The position numbers and the translations under genes are program-made. 64,000 bases of DNA from positions 1-64,000 of the forward strand of contig DF237275.1 of the NCBI GenBank assembly GCA_000708835.1, given 5' to 3'. The notes beneath the pieces were generated by a model that was not told the DNA's origin, searched no databases, and worked only from the letters and a program-made list of their open reading frames with translations. This document shows positions 35,101 through 45,964 of this stretch, one piece after another (position 1 is the first letter of the stretch; every line of letters begins with the position of its first letter). The stretch comes from Klebsormidium nitens (lineage: Eukaryota; Plantae; Klebsormidiophyceae).

Positions 35101-38100
35101 CTGATACGTTTTTTCTAAAAGACGGTGCACTGCAGCTATCTTTGAATGATTGGTCTCTGAGTATGCTCCCAATACTTATTTCTCAAGCACTTATTGTGGA
35201 TTTTATTCTAGAAACTTCCTTCGCAATACCCCTGATCGTTTCTCCGGGATGCCGTAGTAGCTTTTGCCGCAAGTAACATATGTACACAGCTTTCAACTGG
35301 AACCAAGTTTGCGAAAGCGATGCACTTAAAAAGTTCTGGACTTTTCTCTAAACCTACCTTTCTAGCTCCCCTTCTGCCAATTCCTTCTCTACACGAGGTG
35401 ACTCAGGAGTTTTCTCGTCCATTGCAGTTGGCCAAGCAGATCAAGCTATTCAAGGACGCGGTTGACAGCCTTCCCCCCATCCCGGAGAGTCCCCGTGGGC
35501 CTATCAAGCGCCGCCTTAAGCTCGAGGTGCCCAAAGCGGCTGAAGATACCAAACAGCCAAAGAAAACATCTCTCCCTTCGGACAGCTCCGATGATGAGAT
35601 TCAGTTCGATGGGGAGTTCGAGGGTGCTGGTCAGGGTAGAGGTAGATTAGGGAAGGGGGAAAAGAATACGAAGGAAACTGATTCCTTGGAGATTCCTCCT
35701 TGTGCCGGGAAGAAAGCGCGTCTAAGTAGAGATTCGGACGAGTTCGAGGCGTCCGCGATCGTTGGGAAAGGGTTGAAATCGGATACTCGGTTGAAAGGGG
35801 GAGAGGGGTTGAAAAGGACAGGGGAGGACGAACTGGTAGGACTGCTCGCGGCGATCAAGAAGAATAAGTCCGGCGCCCGGCAAGGGGAACTTGAAATCGC
35901 GGAAGGGGGACTCGAAACCGCGGAAATGAAGGGGGGAAAGAGCGAGGAGGACGAGTCCGAGGACGAGGACGAGTTTGAGAAGCGGTACGCCGGAATTCCG
36001 GTCACCGCTGAGGAGGCGCGGCTCGGGAGCGGAAACTTCGGCGCGCTTGTTTCCGGCGACGCTAGCCCCGAGTCCGGGCCAATCAGTGGTCACCGCTCAG
36101 ACGAGTCGCCGCCGCCCGTTCCGGTCGGTCCAGGCCTGAAGCGGAAGCGGAGCACAGCGGACCTCTTGCGGAGGCGCACCAGCGGATCGCTGTCGGAAGG
36201 TCCAAAGCAGCAGGTAATCGGCTGGTAGCCTTGTGAAGGAATCTGCTTCTATCATTGAGACGTCAGTGTCTGCAAAGAGAAGATGCAGCTTCTGCAGGCC
36301 AACTCTCTTTGCGGATGCTAATAATGTCTCAACGAACAGTAGGAAGAGTGGAAGAGTTCTAAAAACGGGTTTGACATATATGTCTCTGCCCCCATCTTTA
36401 AGGTTGTTGAGCTATTTTTCAAGTTTCCAAGACACGAGTATCATCGCCGGAGTTTGGAAAGATTAATTCGAACGATGTATCACTGTGATTGCCCTTGTAA
36501 GATTGAACTGACGTGTCCGCTTTCTTTGCAGAAGACGAGCAGCGACGACGCTGACGTGAACTCTCCGCGCACGGCGGCCGCGAGCGACGAGGCGCTGTCC
36601 CCCGGACCGTCCCAGGCCAGGTCCGAGTCGCCCGTCGAAAGCGAGCAAGCTGAAGAAGTTGACGAGGACTTCGACGCCGAGGAGGAGGAGGAAGAGGCAG
36701 AGATGGAGGAGGATGAGCCGCCGAAGAAGGAGCCTGCGAAGAACCGGTCGCACAAGAAGAAGACCCCCCCCGCCACGAAGGGGCCGAAGAAGGGGGGAAA
36801 GCTGCCCGGAAAGAAGCACTCCGCCCGGGATGGGTTGGCGAAGCCGCTGGCGCTCGACGTCGCGACGATGTAAGGCCCCTGATGGTTGCAAACCCTGCCT
36901 GATCAATCATACTGTCGAGATTTTAGCGTTCTGACTGTCAGCTCTGATAGCCGTGAAAAGCTTCTCAGCTCTGTGACTGTGTCTTTCAATCACATTCGTT
37001 TTACAATCAAAAGTGGTACTCGCTGTTGAATTTCACTTATCCAAACCTGCTTTTCTAAACAACCGCTTGCGTGTGTCCCGAGGGCGGCCATACCATTAGA
37101 AGAAAGTAACGACGCCCTTCCTCTTTGACGGGAAAATAAGAGAGCCAAGTCGTCATTTTGCAGTCGAGGCCGCCTGCGGGCTCCCCCTGCACCTTCTCTG
37201 ACGCCCCAGACTCCCGCCAAGGGCGAGTCGAAGGCCACGACCGAGACGGCGACCTCCCAGAAGGACAAGAAGAAGGAAGGGTCGCCCGTCGTTCTGAAGC
37301 TGCCCAAAGAGATGAGGGGCCGCTGGTCTACAGAGAGGTAAGGATAAGATGCCACACGGTTTGAAAAGATGAACTTGGATCGAGAGGCTTGCCCTTAAAA
37401 TAGATAATCTTCTCATGGGGTCGATCCAACAATTCTGGGTTTATGCAATAAATGCATCTCAATGCAAAGCCTTACCTCGATTTGAGAATCCGTTATCGAT
37501 AAAGACGAAAAGCAGGGTCTCGCTTAAGTAGGTCCCTTCGTGCGGCTTTATCTGGCATTCTCAGTCTACATCCGTCTTTCGCCCGATGTCTTGCCAGGAC
37601 CGCCTCTTTCTGTCTCTTCTATTCAAGAACAGGATGCCCAGATCAACTTGCTTTCTTGGTTCTTGATTAGGTACAAGACGGCGCAGCTGAAGCTGGTGGA
37701 CATTATGCACCGCCGCGGCGCGGGTCCCGAGAAGCCCATCCTGCGCCAGATTCTGCGAGAGGAGGCGCGCAAGGACATCGGGGACACAGGGCTGCTAGAC
37801 CACTTGCTCAAGGTAATAAGTACCTGGCAACCGATTGCCGCTACTTTTTTACCGACTTCAATCTCCTGTTGGAAGTTCAGCGGGGTCGATTGTCTTGTTG
37901 AATGCTTCCGACGCTTGAAGGTGCCTTCGGCGCACTGTCAGAAGCTTATTGGAGCATTCGAGTGTCCACCCAAAGGAGTTGAACGTATTTCAGAGTACTA
38001 ACATTCGGGCTATGGCAGACAATCTTCTGAATGCATTGTTAAACACCTGTCAAGGCTGTACCCTCGTCTAAGCATCCGTCTTTACTACACGGCTCCTCGA

Positions 38101-41070
38101 CTTCCAAGAAGCTTCAGAAGCACTTTTCTAGCACCACCAATGACCCAGCCATGCTTCAGAAGTGCTCCGCTAACCCTTCTCTTTTCGGTGTATGACACCA
38201 ATACTTCAAACGCTAACCGTATTATTCGCGGTTCCCAGCACATGACGGACACGGTGGTGGGCACCGACGAGCGGTTCCGGCGGCGGCACAACCCGGAGGG
38301 CCACATGGAGTACTGGCTGGAGGCGGAGCACCTGCTGGAGCTGCGCAAGACCGCGGGCCTCGACCCCACCAGCCCCATGCTCGTCCCGCTCAACCCCGCC
38401 ATGTGGCCCAACCACCTGCACGTCGGCGGCGCGGCCGCCGCGCAGATCACGAAGTGAGCGGAAAACCGGGTGTGATACAGAGGAAAGCAAATATTTGCCC
38501 CGTTTAAGCTTGAAGAGGAGGCTTCTGTAGCCGTTATAGGAGTGCTTCTAAAACGATGCTGGAAAGTGGGAGCCGCTCGAGAGCTGAGTCACTGACGGAT
38601 GGCGCATATAAAACCCGTTTACAGAGAATGTCGTCTGTGAGAGTCAAAAACCGAGTTGCCATTCGCATGTTCCTGATGAATTCTTTGAGCATTTGAGCTC
38701 TGAGGACGGATGCAAGGTTACCTGCAACAACGTTCTGGATATACGACGCATCTGTCACAAAACCTCAGTTCAGGCAAAGCTGGCGCAACAGCATCCTTTG
38801 AACACTCTGATCTCCTCCTCCTCAAAGGACTCCTCAAGACGTGGCTGAAGCTAAGAAAGCGAGCAAGGAGGCAAAGGACCTGCGCGCGAGCGTGTCGGGC
38901 TTACGGGAGGAGGTCCAGAGGCTGAGCCAGAAGGTGAAGAACGCCGAGCGCCGCGCGATCCAGCGCGAGGAGACGCGCGAGAAGGACGCGCGCGGCGCGC
39001 TCGACGAGGTCAAGGAGGAGGTCGGGCGAGTGGAGGAGCGCGCGAGGAGGCGCGTGCAGGTACACTTCATGCCAAGCCTTCTTTGCCTTACGGCTCCCTT
39101 CATCACCTTCAGCGGTATTGTTACAGTAGTCTCAGCTGACTCTGTTCTGTGATGCCGCGGTTTTAGGAGACGCCGGTCGATTGAGGCTTCGAGAATCCTG
39201 TTTGCAGAAGCTGTTTGGGCAGTTGAAACGAAGTTCTTGCTACGATGGTAGCAAGAACTTTTTGCTACCATCGGTTGATTCTTTCAAGAATACTCGGTCA
39301 CAATTCCGCTCCAAAATATGCTTGACCGGGTCTGTCAAAATATTGCTTGGATGCCGTTTCGAATATTAAGAAGAAACAGAAGCATAGGGCGCAGTGACCA
39401 CATCTCGCAGACAAAGTCGCCAACATTGCACGTGCTCCTGATTTCGGACGTCCGCTTTCTGTGCAGCTCGTCCGGCAGAGCATCCAGTCCATCCGCGACG
39501 AGCTTGCCGAGGTGAGGGACGAGCAGCAGCGCCAGGCGGCCGCGGTCAGGGACGACGCGGCCGCGCGTAAGGCTGCGGAGACCGAGGGCAAAAGGGCGGC
39601 CGAGGTGGAGAAGGAGGAGATTAAGGAGCGAGAGCAGCGCGCGCGCGAAGAAATAGAGGCGCGGGTGGAGAGTGTGAAAGGGGAGGCGGACAAGCGGGCG
39701 GCTGGGCTGGAGAAGAAGATCTCTGAGTGAGGGATTACGATCGGTTTTTTTCGTTCCTCGGGATCCGAACAAAATATGGTAACTTAAACAATGGTCTTTT
39801 TTTGGAAGATCCATGGAGAAGAAAATCTGGTGGAATGGATTTGGCAAGAGAAGCTAGATTGTTGGCAAGCCTCATTCCGGATGCCCGTTTCGCAGAGGGG
39901 CCTTTCTTGTGGTATTGAAAGCGACCTTACCTGTCCGCTACAGCATCATCGCCCTTGCTGAGGCATCTCTGAGATTCTTAACCTGCTTCGCTTTTGTGTT
40001 CGTTCCCAAAACTCTTGTAGGTCCGGCATGATTCTCGAAGATATTCCTCCCCGGATCCGCTTTCGATCATTGCATCGAGCATTTGTTCTCATTGCATTGA
40101 ACTCTCGGAGGAAAGGTCCGATGCAATACTATATGCTTCCGTTCGTGATGTGCCGAGCATCGAAGACACATGCAAGAGTCAAAGGATTCACCTCTTTCTC
40201 TACGTCTTGTGCAGCCTCCAGAAGAAGCTCGAGGACACAACCACTGCTCTGGAGACTGACATCGCCCGCGCCCTGGAAGAGGCACGTGGCCGCCTGGAGG
40301 CAATCTTCCTGGACCGTCAGGAGATGCGCGGAGACATCAACAAACTGGTGGAACTCATTGCAGGGCTACAGGTGAGCAGAACATATGATTATATGGTTCT
40401 TTTGACTTGAAGAGCTGCGTTTGTTTTGTTCGTACAAAAATCCATGTCAACCTGCAGTTGTGATTCCATTTGCGCGCCACCTAAGGTAACTCGCGCCCGG
40501 CACCCCGCGTTCGAAACCCGAAGAAGGTTTCCCTGACCGTTCCAGCGAAGAGGACGAGTCGAATCTGCACTGTCTGCCGTGACCTCTCAAGCGCTCATCC
40601 CGCTCAAGTAGGCTCTCCAATTCTGCCTGAAAGTTCCTTGCAGCGCGGTACCATCTCAAAGCTAGTAGGTAGCTGCCGAAGCGGACCTGAGGAGTATTTC
40701 CGCACAGCTGAAGCCCTTACGAACCAAATCTGGCATAACTACTGTGTCTGATTGACAATGTTTTCGATTACTGCTGTAGGCCCGCTACCCCGGTGCCACC
40801 GGGCAGCCCAACCGTGCGACTTTTCCGGCCACCACGAGTCTTTACCTGCCAACCATTCCCCCGACTAACGGAGCGGTACCGCGCGGAATCTTCCACCAGG
40901 GCATGCCGCGTGCCGCACCGCCTTCCCAGTTTCCGCCGGAAGCTGGCAACCGGATTAACAGTCACTCTCAAGGGCGCAGTAATGGTACCCCGGTACCGGG
41001 CGGCCGCTCTGAAATACTCCCGGCGGCGTTGCAGAACGGTGTGAACACTTCCGGTGCGAATCCGCATTGA
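32148..41070 (+). CDS. SWI1: SWITCH1/DYAD/AMEIOTIC1-like protein with extended N-terminus and C-terminal coiled coil
   Basis: Core exons 37164-37337, 37671-37812 and 38239-38453 encode GRWSTERYKTAQLKL..IM...GA....PILRQILREEARKDIGDTGLLDHLLKHM......ERFRRRHNPEGHMEYWLE, the SWI1/AM1 hallmark. Phase-consistent flanking exons: 33398-33448, 33796-33835, 34146-34342, 34919-35080, 35428-36213, 36532-36869, 38828-39059, 39467-39726, 40215-40371, 40780-41070. Exons 5' of 33398, including the ATG at 32148, are tentative. Confidence 0.85.
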
Positions 41071-42930
41071 TGCGGTTAACGGAGGCTTGCGACGCGCGCA
41101 GCGCAACTTAAAATAGAAGCTTTGTTGGATTGTATTGGAAAACGTGGGCTTCAGTTGTTGGATAGGGTTGTAGCTAGCATTTTGGGCACCAAAATCAGCG
41201 CTTAATCGGCTAGGAGTTGCTTCTGATGCTCTGAACTCTGGTAGACGTGAGCCCAAGGACTATGTCTGATTAAAGTCGCCACAGCCCGCTTGGTGAACGT
41301 TACAAAGTCGCACTAATGGTGCAGTCTCGGATCGATTGGTGTAACAAAGGAACCTGGTCGAAGTAGTTGGCTCGTATCCTATCCACAAGTGTTTGAAATG
41401 ATAAGGTTTGCTTTCTACATGTTGATAACACCTCGAATCTAAGTTGGCTGCTTCTATGATACTCAAAAGTATGCCTTAGTCCCTGTGCACACAAGGCATC
41501 AGTATCTTTCGACGCCACCATGACCATATCTAGCGCAAGTTACAGTTTCGGGTGACATTGTTGCAAACAAAGATACCGATGCACAATCCTCGCGAGATAA
41601 GTGGACCGCTTTAGAAGATCGGACATGGTTCATTACCTTTTAGCTTCCAATAAGTATCATAAGTCCGCGAGACCGGCAACATTTGCAGCTCATATCATTT
41701 CGCCCCCTCCTGATAAAGAATGACCAGACGCTAGAGGGTGCAAGGGGACGGTCATGGTCAGAAATGCCGGAGATCTTGCCTCATCCCTCAACCTTAACGA
41801 TAGACCACTTTGAACGCTACGTTTCCCATGATTGGAGGCACATGCGGTATGTAATCTGTTTGGTGCTTCAAGACCGCAAGCTCTGAACGTGATGAATGAC
41901 ACATAAGAGGCCCAAATCAAGATGCAGGAACGTGCTTGACACAGCACCTGCGTCAGTGAAGGTGCACTGGTTCGTAGGTTAGAGGCAGCTTTTCGGAGCA
42001 CCTCATCAGCCTCCTTCTCGCTCATTTTATGCAAGGGCAGGAAATTTGCTCCATACAACATACGAGGTACGGGATCCTCAGATCTTGGCACCTCTTAGTT
42101 CCCGTTACGAATTAAAGAGAATATCATGGCCGGTTTCACGTGTTGGCCACAAGTAGGCACGATCTGACAGTCTGGCACAGAGTTCTCTTTTCCGGAACGA
42201 GACCGACATGGAATCTCGGCGGGCTATGGCAAGCGGAAGACCGTGACCATCTCAGCTACGACCGAGCAGAACAAAGATTAGGATATCAAATGTAATGTAC
42301 CAGTCTAGCTCATCACGCGAGCTTTTGCTCGAATGATTTGTTGAAGAACTTCAAGAGCTGCCTCAATCACCAAAAGCCTGGAGATATGCTTGCAGTCATG
42401 ACGTTATCCTCACATGTAAAGTTCTTTGAAGGCGAGGAACTGACTTTTTCATGATAGATCATGTGTCGCGAAATCTTCGATGGACACAATCCCATCAACA
42501 TAAATCAGAGACAGCGATAAAAGGCGGTAGAACTTCAAAGACCTGGGGGTTTCATCACAAACAGTAGATGCCTATGTTTCTATGAAACCCATGTCTCTTT
42601 GATCAGTTTAGTAAAGTTACCATGGCTGATCGATGCAATGTAAATACTATGGTTCTGTACAATTTCGATCTTGGTAGCCCGTTTATCGAAAGCTTTGCCA
42701 CCAACAAGTACAGAGCCTAAGATGCTTCTGAGTTTCTAGCTCTCCTAAGCAACAGGACAGAACTTGCCTAGTAGCCGCGAAAGTTGCGGTTTTGATGTCT
42801 AACAATCTGCTTACAAACAAGGTGCATGATGACATGCTGACACTGGCATCCAGTATCTCCCAACCACTTTTCCTCTCGTCCTTTCAGACCCCTCGGGCAG
42901 CCGCCCCGGTGTATCTGCTAGATCTGGGGC

Positions 42931-43215
42931 CTAGTCACAAGTGCACGCCTCGCCGCACGGGCAATTAGGCCCACAGTTGCAGTTTGGGTTGTTGCAGCCA
43001 CCCTTCGTCTCCTTGCATGAAGCGCAAGCGCAATTGTCGCCGTAACTGCAAGGAAGGGGGCAGTTGCAACCCTCTCCGCAGCACATTTTGGCTGCATCCA
43101 CAGCCCCTTTGGCCTTGCTACCCGGACAATCGCTGCACTGAAACTTGTCCCCGCAGGAGCAGCCGTTTTTGCAGTTGCAAGCAGGGGAGCAATCGGCGCT
43201 GCGAGCCTTCTCCAT
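42931..43215 (-). CDS. Metallothionein-like protein, 94 aa, 22 Cys, single exon
   Basis: MEKARSADCSPACNCKNGCSCGDKFQCSDC-linker-CCGEGCNCPLPCSYGDNCACASC-linker-CNNPNCNCGPNCPCGEACTCD*. It has CxC/CxxC motifs, few hydrophobic or aromatic residues and no His. Confidence 0.9.
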   Translation of the reverse strand: MEKARSADCSPACNCKNGCSCGDKFQCSDCPGSKAKGAVDAAKMCCGEGCNCPLPCSYGDNCACASCKETKGGCNNPNCNCGPNCPCGEACTCD

Positions 43216-44227
43216 AAGTTGAGTATTCTTTATGAGTCCAAACTCGGAAGCACTTGCAGGTCTCGTCGAAAAGGGATTGGGGACCTTCTCGCCGGCAGAA
43301 TGGGAAGGTGGAGCGGGTTGCTAACCTACGGCGAATCCGTAGCCTTTCTGCGCCACAAAGTAGAAGTGGAAGCGGACAGGGAAGGGTCGGAGCTTATTTG
43401 AAAAGTGAAGGGCTAGTGACTGCAGGGGCTCGTGCTGTGCGAGTTGTACTTCTTCCCGGTCCTGGCCGTTCAGACGAGGTTGCGTTACCAAGCTCGAGTA
43501 TGCGCACGAAACACTTCCCACTGTCCTTTTGAACGCTTGCAGTCTGACAAAGAAACGATTGCCGCCTGAGAGGTGTCCCTTACACTTCGAATGTCTGCAT
43601 CCGTCTCATTCGGCTGGATCGACGTTGACCCTCAATGATCTCACCTCTTCATCTACGAATGTTCTGTGCTTTGCAAATTGACCACTCTTTTTAGCAGGCC
43701 GATTGATCACTGAAAGATGGCCTGATTGACGTCCCTTCATTGTCAGAGGGCTATCTTGATGTCGATTAGCTAGGCATGGTTGCTCCGAACGTTGCGCGTG
43801 GAGCAGAACTAGATAGCGATAACGACTGACACCGACTGACAGAACCGGGAGAATGGGACGCTATTTGAACGTAGGGTCACAAAATGCCAGGGGCTACTTC
43901 TGCAACGTTGAAGCTTGAGGTTTGCAAATTTTAAGCTCGCGCTGCCAACTAGTTACCGGTACTGACGATACCTGGATTTCGAGCCGACACAGACCTTTTG
44001 TCCACGTGTCACAGTTCTCAATCAGCCCCAATCTCGGCCTCCCTTTGACCGTCGGATGAGATTCCTTGCAATTAATCAACGGGTTGATAGTTATACCTCT
44101 GCCGTCATCCATTGGACTTGATACCATCCCGGTCTCTCAATCGAGAGACAAGGCGCCTTCTTGGCTGTCGCAATCGTGGCTCTCTCAACAGTGACAGAGG
44201 TCGGGGTCAAGAAGAATCAGCAGCATC

Positions 44228-44392
44228 GGGACCGGGGCCAGGGACCGCTGTTGGAAGAGCTGACGTGGCGGGGTTTAGGGGCGAAACCCTGGGCTAGGCT
44301 TCTTCCAACCTATCATCGATCGGGAAGCCACGGTGCAAAACCCTATACCTCGCCACGTCAGCCCTTCCATTAACATCCCCGGCCCTGGTCCC
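44228..44392. repeat. 165-bp imperfect inverted repeat (hairpin; MITE-like or regulatory palindrome)
   Basis: Left arm 44228-44280 is gggaccggggccagggaccgctgttggaagagctgacgtggcggggtttaggg. The reverse complement of the right arm 44341-44392 is gggaccagggccggggatgttaatggaagggctgacgtggcgaggtataggg. No target-site duplication is evident. Confidence 0.85.
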
Positions 44393-45964
44393 AAAATCAC
44401 GATACCGTAACACTTCAGGGATAAAAAGCTTCATGAATAAGAAGATCACCAGCCTGGGACGGGTACGGTTAATTTGGGGGTTTTAAGGGTGGGTGCGGGT
44501 GCGGAGCGGGTAATTTCCATAGGTTAGGTTTTGTGTGTTTGGTTTGAGCTTACTATTCCTTGAGCTTACTATTCCTGAATTGTCGCGACGTAAAATCACC
44601 GACTCTTCTTGACCCCCCTCTGATATCAGCTCTCGAGATCCAAGGGCTCGCTGGCCGTTGATTTTGATCTCTCGAGTCCGGGAAGTCTTTGCCTATCCAG
44701 TTGGCCGTATGTCCGCCTGTGCGAAAAGCTGGCGCGATTGATTGCACGACGTCACGGTTTGCAATGCAATTTGCCACTGGCTCGCATGGCGACCTCGCTT
44801 ATTTCAAAAATGGTCACATTCAGCTTGATGTGACTGCTCCTGACATATCTACCAAGCTTGCTCGTGGTCCATGGCCACCGCCTTCACTTGTAAAACTCTG
44901 CAAAACCATAATATTGGCTCCAGCTCATGTCTCAGGAAAGGTCCATGATTGGAGGGCAACTCAGCTCCGTGCTGTCCACGTCAAAATTTAGGCCTTAAGG
45001 GTATCTTTTGGCAGAAAGAGTCACCGCTTGCTTTTCTGCGGTTGATAGCCGTTAGATCCAGGTCATTGATACAGACAATCTCTGTCTCGAAGAACTGGAT
45101 AAGAATGGTAAGCTGATACGAATGTCGACCTTTTGAAAGGTTCCGTTATTGTCTTTTCGATGACACTGTCGTGCGCCTCAACACCTCAGCAAGCTGAGCT
45201 GGATCATGGATTCGTGCCGCTTCATTCTAGAACTATCAGAGAACATCAAATCACGGTCACATCCTAAAGCTTCTTAGTCTGCAAGAAACTTCTGCAGACC
45301 ATCGGATGCAAGTGACCGTTTGATCCAAGAATCGAGCCGTTCCAGTCCAAGAAAATTTTGGAAGCAGGTTTTGAATTTGATTGGTGAGTCTTCGACAAGC
45401 CTCGTGTTATGCTCATCGGTGTGGTCACCACAAGCTTCTCGAACTGACCGTAAGGAGCGTCGAGAATTTTAGGTAGCAAGGTGCTCGCGTAAGTACGTGC
45501 CGCGTGGTGTCTTCGTTAAGCCATCAGTAAGTCCCGTCAAGAGGTGAAGCTGCGTGCTTTGAGATTCAGCTTCGCCTTTGTTCTTAGCTGATACTATGGG
45601 AGGCGAAGGAGAGGTGGAAACGCAGATGCATGTAGCTGATGGAAATACTGGCAAGGAGGAAACGAAATATAGCTCAGAAGAGAAAAAAGGTAGGAGTCTA
45701 TTGAGGGACTGCACGAAGCCACTCGTGCGCTCTTTAAACCGGCTTGCTCGATTCAACAAGAGGCTTTCCAGGATCGGTCATGTCGTGAGCGAATAATACA
45801 CAACGAAAGCGGTGGAGAGCCTCGTTTCCGGGAGGCTTCTGTGAGGCCGAGAAAGTAGTGGAGAGCTGATCTGCTGGAGGAAGGGATGTCCGCACTTCCG
45901 CTTCTCTGGTAACTTCTCTGGTAACTTCAAAAACGGTAGAGAACGTTCTGCATGCCGTTAAAGG

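Noticed and set aside
41260-42740. Short minus-strand ORFs (41690-42091, 41260-41527) that might be exons of an unknown gene
   Set aside because: I could not build a convincing phase-consistent model. There is no GC3 bias or recognisable domain. Left unresolved and needs RNA-seq.
43501-43507. TGCGCAC (animal MRE core) upstream of the metallothionein
   Set aside because: A degenerate 7-mer expected about once per kb on two strands, and MTF-1-type regulation is not established in plants or algae.
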